A DNA stretch of 64,000 nt from Phoronis australis. Its lineage: Eukaryota; Animalia; Phoronida. The translations under genes and the position numbers were made by a program. Below the pieces are notes generated by a model. That model did no database searches. It saw only the letters and a program-made list of their open reading frames with translations, and had not been told where the DNA came from. How positions within the stretch are numbered: position 1 is the stretch's first letter; each line of letters begins with the position of its first letter. This document shows positions 1 to 12,937 of this stretch, piece by piece. The stretch spans positions 1,055,400 to 1,119,399 of the forward strand of contig NMRA01000061.1 in NCBI GenBank assembly GCA_002633005.1, read 5' to 3'.

Positions 1-371
1 TCTGTCAAAATTAAGGTTTGATTTAGGCCATTTTCCGTTATGAAATTGGTCGTGATGGGACATGAAGTTTTATGAGCTTGGCTGGAAGAAATAAAAAGCT
101 TAGTTATTGCTGAGCCAATAGAACACTTCTAAACTGAGTACGATAACACCATTCACAGAAACCACGGATTTAGTGCTACTTTAAGATAGTTTGAACAACT
201 ATAAGCACAAGCATTGCACCATCAAACTTGTGTGGTTGACTCAATGACAAGTTTTTAAATTTTCTTTAATTTTTTAAAACAAATATTTTATTGATAGCCA
301 AACCTTGCTGATTTTAACAAGAACAAATTATTGACCCTCTGTGAAAAACATTGCAGTATGTACTGTCTCAC

Positions 372-563
372 CATTCGGCGTTAGGATGAGATGTCGAGAT
401 CATTTGTGGGAAGTCGATCATTGTGAGGCGATCGTCGGCATCCAGCATCAAGTTGAACTCGTTGAAGTCACCATGCACTAGACCGCACGTAGCCAGCCTG
501 ACTATCACGTCCATACACTCACTGTAGAGGGCCTCGGTGTCTCGGACTTCATGAACTTGACAC
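372..563 (-). CDS. RIOK2: RIO kinase 2, coding exon 6 (CQVHEVRD...GLVHGDFNEFNLMLD...MIDFPQMISTSHPNAEW); gene continues beyond the left edge
   Basis: caccag acceptor, gtgaga donor; catalytic loop HGDFNEFN and metal-binding IDFPQ of RIO kinases. Confidence 0.97.
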
Positions 564-1349
564 CTGGTGATCATTTCAGACAGATCATTCTCAACGAGAA
601 AACGAGTTGGTGGCAGATTTTAGCATTTTACGTAACAGCAATATTGTCACGTAAACGACAATAGTTACGTATTTTGTTAAAAATCTACGTAGTTTTGTAA
701 ATGTTCTTGTGAAAGTTAGGGCAGAAATGCAAAAAAAATAAATTTTAGCTAAGAACATGGAAAACAAACCGAGGACGGGAAGCTGTAGCTCACGTCCAGT
801 CACCAGTTGTGCTGTAACATTACAAGGGCGTTGCTTAGCCTTATCTACAAGCACACACAGCAACTCTCTACTAGAAATGCCAATTGTACTTCTCAATACA
901 TATGCATCACAAAATAACTGCCGTGCTCAGATTGACAATAGCCACAAAACAACTCTCCTGTTATTGGAGGTAGACAAAGACGTTGGTTTTCAAAAGATTC
1001 GATATACTGCACCCTTCTAGGCCAGTCAGAAGTTTTGCAACCGACTGCGATTGTAAAACTGGCAAACAAATGATGAACAACAATCAAATTCTGATAAGCA
1101 TTGGAGCACGGAACAACAACGAGACAAGTGCACAGCATAATTGTGAGTAAATACTTCAGAATCACAGTGGTGTTGTGGCATTTCGGGATTCGGCTATTCT
1201 TTGAGCATAACCCCTATATGCAGGAATGTCAACTACACACACTCAATTCTCAAACTGTCTTAATTCCATAGTCCGCATATGCGCATTAGCATGCGTGGCA
1301 CCTTAGCCGTTGCATGATGCAAGACTAACGTCTCCACTGTGACTACTTA

Positions 1350-1517
<168 letters not shown>

Positions 1518-2070
1518 TCATCACATGCATAACGTAACAGATAGCGCACAGGTAGTTTATATCAAATGAATGGCCGACTTTAAAACAACCTAGAAGAAAG
1601 TCATGGTACGGAAAGAAGATAAATCCCAACAATTGGATTAAATTCAGTGCTACACTGGTCAGTCAAAACTGGCCAACTTTAAAGTAAGATAAAAAGAATG
1701 ATTTTAACTACTTAAAAGTAGTTTTAGATTAAACCGAAATAAGACCAAAGAATAAAGAAGTGCCAACTTGCCTTGTATTTTAATTCGATTTTTGTGACCC
1801 ATAAAAAATTGAATCTAAACATTGGACACTTGTAACTGTGTGGAACAGGATATCTCAAGGAAATAGTCACATTACTAAACAGTTACTTAACATACATTCA
1901 AGTCAATCAATAGAAAAGTACATACTTAATATGACAACCAGAACATCCTTAACTAGGGGAATAAACAACAAAATTCAAATCCTTCCAAAACATTAAATCA
2001 CATATCCATGTTTATGATTACCCAATCCCAGTGTCTGGGACCACCCGAGCCCACCATATATGGATAACTA

Positions 2071-2358
<288 letters not shown>

Positions 2359-2749
2359 TCAGACGCATATCCCTTACCGGATCATGTCAATTCTTTTTTC
2401 AGTAGGCATTAAAACTTGAAAATAAGTACACAAACCACAACCATGACTAACATTCACTAGGTGGCGCTAACAAAGAAAGGCCCATCTTTTTAAAATCCAA
2501 GTCGACAGAGATAGTCTTCAGGTAGAGTTTAGTCAGCGCGTCTGTAATTTTTCCCGTGCGTGTGTAGAATTTAGGCGTGGGGGTTGAGATTTGCGTCACA
2601 GGTTTGTGATTCTTGGTTTGGTACTGATATTCAGGTGTACGTAACAGGAACTTAGGGCGTTAGGCCATGGAATTGTTTTCACCCCTTGAATGTGTAATAA
2701 TAAAGTCCACAAAAATCCAAATGCAACATATCTATCATATAACATTAAT

Positions 2750-2830
2750 CTAACATGTGAAACAACTAATGTACGAAGCATCTAACATGTGAAACATCAA
2801 ACATGTGAAACATCAATTATGTGAAACATC
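2750..2830. repeat. Short tandem repeat, about 16-nt unit (aacatgtgaaacatc), in RIOK2 intron 3
   Basis: Four copies of atgtgaaaca are visible. Confidence 0.8.
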
Positions 2831-2929
2831 TCACAACCAAATGAAGTGCTAGCAATTCTCTGACAGAAGTATTACCAAGACTTACGTTTCACAAAGACCT
2901 AAGACTGCGACCAAACCAGCCAGCCATCA

Positions 2930-3175
<246 letters not shown>

Positions 3176-4045
3176 TTAAAACCAAATATCTTACCCTATT
3201 TAAACAACTCCATTAATGGCACAGCAACACTTTACATTTTTAATTAGGGATACAAACTGCTAAGAATTATTGAATGCATCCGGTTATCAATATTTTTTAC
3301 CAATGCAATATATCAGGGTTTTTTATTGGTACTTCCAAAACCCGTGGGTATGAAAATAAATACGTATGAAAGTTTACCTTTTAATACATGTACAGAACAG
3401 ATTCCACTGATTTATTCTAATTCGAAGCTCACGATTTTAAATTGAACCAGTAAATATCTGCACATTATTATACAGTACCAGACAAATGTTGTGACGGCTA
3501 ATTCTGCAAACAACACACGTTACTGGTAATAACTATTAGGGCCAAACACACCAACAGATTGTGTTATTTCATATATCTGGTCAATGCCAATAATTTCAAG
3601 AAATCTAACCCATCCAATAATAATCCCGAAAATGCATTTTTGGACATAAAACCCATACTGTCCATCTGACCAAATCATGACAGAGAAATGTTTATTCAAA
3701 AACTTATAATTCGATAAGTTTCCAAATCAATGGTCAACAATGGAAAATTCAATAACAATGTAAAGCTACATTTTGTAAATCACTGCTCTTTATCTTCACC
3801 CAAAATTTTGTATTACAAAATATTCCAGATACTCCTTGTAACATGTTTTTTCTCTGTTTATTTTTGCTCATTAAAACACAGCTTGGATGTATATCTAACT
3901 TTTATTAAATACTGCAACCCGATAGTAAAATAAGGCAAGGGAAACAGAAACCGTTGTCCTTGCTCTTCTGAACTGGGAAAATAAAAATTAAAAAACACCA
4001 CAGAGAATTTAGCAAAGATGTCAATTTCAGCAGGCTTCTTATTCA

Positions 4046-4228
<183 letters not shown>

Positions 4229-4928
4229 TTACAGGACATGTGATTATAGGAACGCACACACACAAAGACACAGAAACCTTCTGATCAGTACATTAAGAAG
4301 GGTTCAGTGTTATTGTTGGGGATGGGAACACCGCAAGGCAGTGCTCAATTATGTAGTGATTCCTAAAAATGTCTTACTTTACATGTTAGTTGTCCATGGT
4401 CGAGCTCAATAGTTCTGCTTAGGTGTGTGGTCTGGGTATCGAATGCCGCTCTGCATCCCAACATGTGTATCGGCCGCAGGGCCGCTTAATTAATATTCAT
4501 GATGCGCCCTCATTGGCCATTACCGGCATATGGGCCGGACAGCCAACGTCGGCAGTCTCCGAGACGAACAGCAGTCGTTTCTCGATGCCGACAGAGGGCG
4601 CGCGCGGCAGAAGGCCAGCGCAGCAGTGAGACAGGTCAAGCGACGTCTCACTACAATTACACCCTCAGGCTGTTTATAATCTTTGCCTGTTCCACATTCT
4701 GATTTAAGAACAGCCTATTTGGATCTCCGGAAGGTATCAATTTTAACACTTGCACTGGTCGAGAGGGGGGCCACCTTTATTGGGAATGGTGACGTATTTA
4801 CCTTGATGTCCCTCAAATTAAGGTCAAGGTTAAAATCCCCGGCATCAGCAGTGAGGGGGGATTGGCGGGGGGGGGCAAGGGGCAACCAGAACCAGATAGG
4901 TAATCCAGAACTGGCATCACACTCTACA

Positions 4929-4992
4929 CACAGGCGTCCTCAGCTTCTGATCGTAGTGTATTGGGGACGATCAGAAGCTGAGAACGCCTGTG
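4929..4992. repeat. 64-nt near-perfect inverted repeat (26-bp stem, 12-nt loop), flanked by an 8-nt direct repeat; putative micro-MITE
   Basis: cacaggcgt-c-ctcagcttctgatcgt / acgatcagaagctgag-a-acgcctgtg; flanks actctaca (4921-4928) and actctacc (4993-5000). Confidence 0.8.
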
Positions 4993-5094
4993 ACTCTACC
5001 AATATTCAACAACAGTAACTCGGCGTAACTGTGCAGAGTTCTGTACCACGCCAAGGTTATGTCTTTAGCAGACCAAGCTAAGTCATCAACTTAC

Positions 5095-5160
5095 CGCCGT
5101 TAAAACTCTGAAATCTTCGCTGGTCAAATACCGCAAAATTGTGACTTTCAATTTACCCAT
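5095..5160 (-). CDS. RIOK2: RIO kinase 2, coding exon 1 (MGKLKVTILRYLTSEDFRVLTA)
   Basis: ATG at 5160-5158; translation matches the RIOK2 N-terminus (MGK.....LRY....DFRVLTA); ends at a GTAAGT donor, phase 0. Confidence 0.95.
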
Positions 5161-6056
5161 TATTCAGCTTGTAATCTGAAAATTTCACGTGTGTAAATCT
5201 TTCACATGTTACGATAACCGTAAGTTGGTCTGACGATTTCAGAGTGTCGTACTTCGTGATTTAGTTCATTTTGTACTCAATAGATGTCAGAAGTTTACAC
5301 ATGTTTCGCTTTGCTGCGTTCCTCCTCAATCAAGCACTCAACTCGGACAACGAGGCGATACTGTAATCGACATATTCCTCTAGTGTTTGGTCAATAAATA
5401 ATGCTTGGCAGTCTCACGTTTCCTTTGAAAAATTACCCCGGCGGCTTGTCACAATTACAAACGGTGTCTATAGTTCTACTCTCAAAGGATGTGAGGCCAA
5501 AGAATCAGAAATGCTTCATTTTGTTAAGTATCCGTAACTAACGACAAAAATCAACCAGCTGAGTGATTTACTTGGAACTTTGGGGTATGGTGCCAGGGCT
5601 CGGACAATACGAGACACTGGCTTACTTACATTTGCAGTGTTTTACATAGGAGCCGGTCTCGTCAGTGGTGCATAGAGTTCTATGGTAGTCTCCGTGCATG
5701 GTACGGCCTTGACTTAATTCAAAGCCTAGCTGTCACTACTGAATCGTCATTTTTTGTCAGTGATCCTCTTCTCTGTGTGTGATCTTTCTCCTTGAGAAAG
5801 AATTAAGTTTCACGTACCGGTAGGCAAACTGTTGTTTACAGCTATTACTTTTTGTCGTCTGTCTTCAATCCATTAATTACATCGGAAAATAAATCGAATA
5901 CACTGGAAGACAGTAGACTGTGACAGGCACTAACAAAACACAAATGAATTACCAATTAGTGATTGCACACTCAGTTAACTTAAGTAAACTTAATTGAAGA
6001 GCATTTATTTATAGGTACCCTGAGTACATGCATACTATATTTTCTCTTCTCTTAAT

Positions 6057-6437
6057 CACGGGTGAGAAACAACATGACCGCCGGTCCTCTTAAATCGGAC
6101 CGCCTCCCCCAAAACAGGACCTCCGGGGATCAAATGGGACCGTCGCACCAGAAAATGGGACTGACGCACCTAAAAACATGACCGCCCCACCAGAAAACAG
6201 GACCGCCGGGGACTGAACATGACNNNNNNNNNNNNNNNNNNNNNNNNNNNNNNNNNNNNNNNNNNNNNNNNNNNNNNNNNNNNNNNNNNNNNNNNNNNNN
6301 NNNGGGGGGGGGGTCCACGTCAGGGTATTAGCCAGGAATTTGCTCGTCAGACGTTCGCGCCCCCGAAATGCCAAATGGATCTTAGGGAATTTTAGGGGGG
6401 GGCATGGCCCCCTTGGTCCCCCTCTAAATCCGCCACT
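6057..6437. repeat. About 21-nt GC-rich minisatellite, an 80-N gap (6224-6303), and the right end of a non-autonomous DNA transposon-like element
   Basis: Repeated aaaacaggaccgcc-like units before the gap; after it, G/C runs ending in ctaaatccgccact, resembling a terminal inverted repeat. Confidence 0.65.
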
Positions 6438-9400
6438 ACAACTGTGTAATTTGTGACCAGTTCACTTCAGTGTTGTTAACTAAGCATATGTGGAACGTTT
6501 GACTGAACATGTATAGCCAAAACATTGTCTGGGATCGAACACAATGATGATGGTTTCAAGAAAACGCCCTTAATTGTCAAATTAATGGATTTAGACGGGT
6601 TGCAAAGTACTCCACCATGACAAAAGAATAGTTTACAAAATTGTGACATCAGCGTATTTCGAAGTTGTAAGGTCACCTTGGTTAGTACAGTCTCATTTTG
6701 GGATGCATATAAAGTGTACAGTAAGCTTGTTCAGCTTGTTTCTTTTAATACTTGTACGAAAATGGAGAATTAGTTTACTTTTGACCATTTTTAGTTTACA
6801 CATTCAAATGAAAAACTATCAATAAGGAATAAAGAAGATTGCTCATTTAGGTTAATAACGTCTAAGATTCTCTTGACAATTGTTGGCAACTTTATTAAAG
6901 TCTGGCTTTATCTTATATCTTGTTCCACTCACAGGTGATCATTTAAATGGACGACACCAGTTCGTACGTCTGCATAACCAACTTACACAGGGACATATTA
7001 TTGCGCAACTGAAATAGTTCTCAATATATGATATAGCTGTAAAGCTATTATATCCACTATTACGGAAATATCATGACGTTCTGGAAAGTGCATAAATGAA
7101 ACTGAAAGCTTGTGTTAAATCACCAAAAGCTTGCACAGAAAATCACTACACCACCTTCACATCAACTTATTTTCTAAAATCATAAATATTGGATGTAGAA
7201 AAAATCGATGTCATCTCATACACTGTTTTTTGTGTTGTTTTTGTATATTTTAACGAAAAGTCTTTCAGTATTTTATAAAATTCATTGATAGCGTGTACAG
7301 AATGCTAGGCTGGGTGTTAAGTTCCAATGTTTACTAATTACTAATCTAATAGTGATAATGAGGGTGTCGGTAAATTGACACTTTCTCAATGCCCATACAG
7401 TGTATTTGAAAAGCAAGCATGCCCAAAATAATCCCTCAAGAAAAAATGGGCAACAATTGAAGCTTATAACCAAAAAAAAAATCACGCTCAGTGAAATCTC
7501 TGTGTAATCTTTATTAAACAGGAATTCCTGTATGCCATGGAAGATAGATGCCCTGTCACATTCATCTGGCGGGGCTTTGGTAAAGATACACATGCGGAAT
7601 ATACTCGGCGCTTCCAAATGTACGTCAGGACATGTAATACTTTTATGACTTTTGGTCCAAAATACTATCTGCCAAATATACACACCGGGTTTATACAAGG
7701 AAATCACGCCAACAATGCTGCTTTTCTTACATGTAGCTTGAATAACTTAAGTTGCAGTGTTTTGATGGAGCACTGGCCCGAAGTTGAGTTGGGGGCGTCT
7801 TTCGAAGTGGTACAGAACTCGCTGTGTTGATTAGAATGTCCGGAGTGGCTGCTGACCGTGTACACAAAAATAGCGCAAATGGTTTGATACACGTTTTACC
7901 AGACATGCGCAGGCAGCTCGGTCAGGCCCATTACACGCAATACCCGTGACCTGAAACTATTTTCTCGTTATTAGCATATACCGTATACACGCAAATTAAG
8001 AGCGCGAACTGAGGAGCACCTGAGAATTTTAGATCAAGAGTCCAGCGGTGGGATAGAGTAGAATTTGCCGAACCCCCGACCTTGACTAAGGAGGCGGACA
8101 TACAGGCCGTGAGCAACCCAGCTGGACGGGCAATGGCTGCCTCCTATGATCGTGTAGGCTACAGGCTACAGACAGCTGGAAGCAACCAGACTTAACACAA
8201 TAAAACCATACATTTCTTGAAGGGTACCCAAACTCCAGTGGGATGCTTCACCTCCCGCTCAGTTGTCCGTGAAGTACACGATTCTTCGTGCATCCCATCG
8301 GGAATTACTGTGCATTACGTATTTGTAAAAAGTATTGCAACTTAACTCGGAAATTAACTCAAAATACGCACTTCGTGTGCTATAGTTTTCGTATTGTGGC
8401 GTTGCCCGGTTTCACGGGACAGTCCGGAGGTTAACCTAGACCGGGGTGGCGGCGTTCACCGGCATTCGCCCCCACAAACTTAAAACAAATCTTCCAACGC
8501 TGATGCATTTTACTTGCACCAGTGACGTCATTAGTTTATGCAACTCAATCACTACTACCGCCAAACGAAATTGCATTATTGGTTATCGTTGGTTGATATG
8601 TAGTTTCATTACACAGACATTGTGTAACTGCTTCAAGACGCTAACGGATTATAGACGGTTCATTTTTACATTAGACTTGTCAGTAATAAACCACTGTGCT
8701 GGTAACTGGTTGGTGACGTGATCCTACAGGAGTCCACGTGTTCATATAGAAATACCAAAGTTAATTACTGGCTGCTACAAGCCAAGCCTGGTCTTGGTTA
8801 GATAGTACGTGTTCCATGTAATAAAGTACTTGTAGGCCTACCACAAATAAAAATGTTCACACTATTTAAGAAAAAGTGTTTGTTATGCCCCACACCATCT
8901 CTATGTTAATACCGCCCAGGAATTGGGTGCCACAGTGTGTTTTTGAACAGAGGGATGAGCAAGATTTAACATCAACCTCTTCCATGGCAGTCAAAATAAC
9001 TTTAGGAACTCCAGTGGCACTAACATAAAAACAGATATACTGATAATAGCTTCGATGTCGTGTGTATTTTATGGCCACAACCCTCAAACAAATTAGGGCA
9101 CATTTTTGTATGAGTGGGAAAAACCAGGAGTTGTCCGTCAAATATTATAGCTTGACATAACCCTTTGCAGCTCCTAAACGTAAAGTTATCTTAGTGTTAG
9201 AGACTAGCATTTTTATGTCCTCTGCATACTTTTGCTGTATATAGAGGCCAATTCATCTGATTATTGTACTGCATATTTAGGTTACAGCCAGGAGGGTTGA
9301 ATATGGTGGCATTCTGGGTTCAGCTATTCAGAATCTATATGGGGTAATAAAAGAATTATCTTCTCACCCAGGACCATAAACCCTTTGTTAAGCCCTGTTT

Positions 9401-9709
9401 ACTTACACAGTCAAACTGGGGCAGTTACATGACTAAGAGCAGGGTTCAATGACAGAGAACTACTTTCCGGCACTGACCTTGGGTGTCAATTTCAAAGGCG
9501 TGTGAACGATACCCATGATTTACAACCATCCGCAAAATTCTAAGCCAGTGTTATGCAGAATAGTTACTCCCTACAAGCGGAAAATGGCAAAATACATACC
9601 TTTTATATGCCAACAAGATGAAAAACTGAGACTTTTCAAATAGAATGAATAATACAGAAATTTCAACACTGTCAGAACAATGTACAATTCAACAGTACAA
9701 CATCACCTC

Positions 9710-9715
9710 TTTATT
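9710..9715 (-). other. Candidate polyadenylation signal (AATAAA) of IER3IP1
   Basis: TTTATT on the plus strand about 930 nt past the IER3IP1 stop, followed on the minus strand by GU-rich sequence. Confidence 0.45.
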
Positions 9716-10215
9716 AAAAATAATTTCATTACAAGCCAAGAAAACCTGTTATTAATAAATATGATGCTATTTCATGTCTGGTTGTTATTAATGAAACAAA
9801 GCAATAATCAGCAGATGATGAGCTAAACTGTAAATGTGTGCACAGACAATACTAGCATTGTCAAAAAGTTGTGCACTAGCAATACTAGTATTGTCAACAG
9901 AACAGTTCAGGTGTACACAACCAGGCATAAAATGCTGCATAGTTCCAAGGTTTACCACACTAGCACCTCTTCAGTTCATTTTAGTATCGCACAGTACTAA
10001 TTAAGTCAGACACTTCAAAATGGAACAAATCGAGCGCATCAAAGCGGTGAATGTTCGTGTTGAATGCATGATGTTGCCACCTTGATGTGTAATTAGGACT
10101 TTTGACTCACTGTATTAAAGAACCAAAGCAAAGTGTTGCAACCCAAAACAAAAATGAAATAACAGTTATCAAAGATCGAACAGCATCTAGCTTCAAAGGA
10201 GAAAATTCCAATAGA

Positions 10216-10465
10216 GTAAAGTTTCCTCAAATTCGAACAAAAACAATGACCAAAATTGTCACTTTTTCATTTTTCAAATGCTTACTGTATTACCAAAAAT
10301 GTTAAGACTTTCATCAATGATTTTATCATTGATGACAGCCACAGTAGGTAAAGTTATCAAATAATGAAGTAAAACTGTCTTCTTGTTTACTTCTGTTGAA
10401 AATTTTTGAGTGAAAAAAATTCACTCTTCCGCTGCATTGCGTTCTAATTTTAAGAAACTTCACCA
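10216..10465 (+). repeat. Dispersed repeat family B (also about 32955-33195 and 50257-50370); probably an old non-autonomous DNA transposon
   Basis: Shared aaagtttcctcaaattcgaacaaaa...aaaatt...tttttc sequence at three loci, aligned by eye. Confidence 0.7.
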
Positions 10466-10644
10466 TACTGGACACAATGTGCAACACTCTGAAACTAAAC
10501 AAGTGACAAGGATTGTAGTTATTAGTCATCACTTGAAATAGTCTGCCACCACTACATCTGTAGTACTTGATCTTGTTTGCTCAATATCTTCAACTCGCCC
10601 TCCAACCAACAGATGGCATTGCTCGTCTAGTCCATGGGAAGAAA

Positions 10645-10700
10645 TTATCCAAGAATTAACTTGAGTCCTATAGTCACTATGTTTAGTCCTATGAGAGGTA
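10645..10700 (-). CDS. IER3IP1: IER3IP1/Yos1, coding exon 3 (IPLIGLNIVTIGLKLILG*)
   Basis: Strong acceptor ttttttctctttccag; C-terminal transmembrane segment like Yos1-family PL...N......LL.G; TAA at 10647-10645. Confidence 0.92.
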
Positions 10701-11520
10701 CTGGAAAGAGAAAAAATGGCATGGTAAAAATGACCAAACTGAAGAAGGTGCAGGAACACTTCAATTATTGAAATTGTAATTAAGGTAACCACCAACAAAA
10801 CCATATTTTTAAAGTTACAGGTCATCAGAGACGATGTATATCCTCAAAAATAATGTCCAGGGAACTCTTTTATAAAAGGTCTAAGTCCGATTGTAGCTAA
10901 GATGGTCGAAAGCAACTTGTCGCAAATGCGACATTGCATTTTTTAGAAGAGCGAATTATCGCAACTGATGTTATCTGATAGTGGTTAATTTTCAGACTAA
11001 ATGGCAGCTTTCTCGAGTCATGTAAATAAACTGTTAGCAAAATAAAATCCAAGTGACGAATGTCTTAACTAAGACCAGGTTTACGATCAACGATAAGACT
11101 ACCTCAGACGTTTGTAGACACAATTTCTGAAAATTGTGATTTTTCATTTCGGTTCAACAGAATGAAAATTTTCTCATCAAACTTTTATTTATTTAAAGCT
11201 ATAACAGCGTGGGATTTTCTGTCACGGAATTTTAGCACAAAAACTTGATTTAGTATAAGAATTGTTTAAAATTTAAATACTTTAACCTCATCAGCATATT
11301 TTGCTTCTGGAATTTGACACTTAAATTGAAACCAAGAAATTAAAAGCTTTTGGCAGGTTTACTAGCAAGACCAACACAAAACAAAATAGTTTCAAGCATC
11401 TTCACGCTTCTTGGAGTATTTCATGTCTTAGCTTGTGCTAAATTCAAAAATGAAGACTTCACCATTCAGTGAAGCTTCAGAACACTTGGCTTGGGTTTTT
11501 ACAGTCCTGTCTTTGAGTTA

Positions 11521-11690
11521 CATGGGCGGTGCACCATAGGGGGCTGGGGGAGGGGCTATAGCACCACTTTTTTCAGTGCTACGCCGCACATGGTCTATAG
11601 GCAGTGCACCATAGGGGGACTGAGAGGGCTTTAGCCCCCCACTTTTTTCAGAGCTGTGCCGTACATGAGTTAACATGCGCAGTGCATAGG
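11521..11690. repeat. Tandem duplication of an about 75-nt transposon-end-like unit in IER3IP1 intron 2
   Basis: gtgcaccatagggggnctg...gggct.tagc.cc.ccactttttt occurs twice. Confidence 0.65.
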
Positions 11691-12018
11691 AAAATCCACA
11701 TGTTTGCACTAAGATTGTTTCTATGAGGTTGTTTTCAGAATGATGATTTCTGATAGTTGCTGATATACATTCACTATTTAAAGTAGTTTGCTTTTGTACA
11801 ATAACAATGATACGTACCACCATAGGCTCATCAGGTGAGTGTTGTGGGGAGCAAAAATCTGGCAAATTGAAAAAAAATGGGCACATTAAGAAAATTTCGA
11901 GCGAAGCCATTAGTTGCCCCGAAAACAACAAAGTCCAAACACGACGTATGCTTGCCACGTTCTGCCCATCATCATACAATAACACTTATCATTTGTTTGA
12001 CGACAAAATAAATCTTAC

Positions 12019-12114
12019 TCCTCATCACCGTCCGTATTGAGCGCACGAGAGTTAATATCTGCGTTTTCATGCCTGGTTGTTCGCCAAACCCTCTCTGTTC
12101 TGTACCCCATCCAA
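12019..12114 (-). CDS. IER3IP1: IER3IP1/Yos1, coding exon 2 (IGWGTEQRGFGEQPGMKTQILTLVRSIRTVMR)
   Basis: tttcag acceptor, gtaaga donor; GW....GFGE.PG.K.Q...L.RS.RTVMR signature; within ORF 11972..12169. Confidence 0.95.
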
Positions 12115-12499
12115 CTGAAAAATAAACAGTAGCAATAAAGGCAACGCAATGCACAATAAAAGGAAACACCTAAAATTCAAAACTTAATGTACTTCAAATC
12201 CTTACGAGTCATCAATGGTCGTAGCTGATCACATTTTCAGCTGTATAAGTCTAGAGAACGATGACACCTGAAAAAGTCGTGCACACTGCAAGTACTAGTA
12301 AACCTAGCACGAGTTACTTCTAGACTGACTACTAGCTTTAGTAGCAGTGAGGAAGCAATTCATTCTAGGGCAACTTGACATGTGACAACTTGTCCCACCT
12401 TATCGAGGAAGGGTAACTTGTTCTAGAATACCTTGCCACAGCGCAAGTCACAGAGTGGACGCAAAGCTGCAGACAAGGCGGAAATAAATACCACCACTG

Positions 12500-12937
12500 G
12501 CCACACATATACAGATCACTCAACAACTTTAACAACAGAATGATTACAGAGTGGTAGCTTCTTTAGCACTGGTAACTAATTTACTCAGTTTACCTCAAGG
12601 AAGAGTGTATTTTTAATGACATCAATTTTGTGTCACATTTTATGTGGTTAGTTTTTACCCACATCAGCTGTATATTTATTACACAGCTTTGCAACAAGAC
12701 TAAGCTGCCCACAGACACAGCATAAATTGTTCAAGCCTTGGTACAAAGCTGAATACTAAATATACAGCTTTGCACCGAAGTGGGTAAAATAGTGGTAATA
12801 TAAAATTTGACACAAAATTAGTGTCATTAAAAACTATACCCTTCCTTGAGAACACCAAATTATTTACCGGTGTCGGAAAAATTGGCGATCTACCGTTATT
12901 CTGCAGCTAAAGCTGTGGAGTGATCTTATGTGTCGGC
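12500..12937. mobile_element. Degenerate foldback (long inverted repeat) element in IER3IP1 intron 1
   Basis: ctcaaggaagagtgtatttttaatgacatcaattttgtgtca pairs with tgacacaaaattagtgtcattaaaaactatacccttccttgag; outer agatcactc/gagtgatct and inner agctgtatattta/taaatatacagct also pair. Confidence 0.75.

Noticed and set aside
8395-8476. Possible hammerhead, HDV ribozyme or telomerase RNA in the structured island
   Set aside because: GUC and GAAAC occur on the minus strand but CUGANGA is missing; no HDV L3 or J4/2 motifs; no CUAACCCU template.
10529-10825. 98-aa minus-strand ORF over IER3IP1 exon 3
   Set aside because: Wrong frame; the splice phase and Yos1 similarity support the frame ending at 10645.
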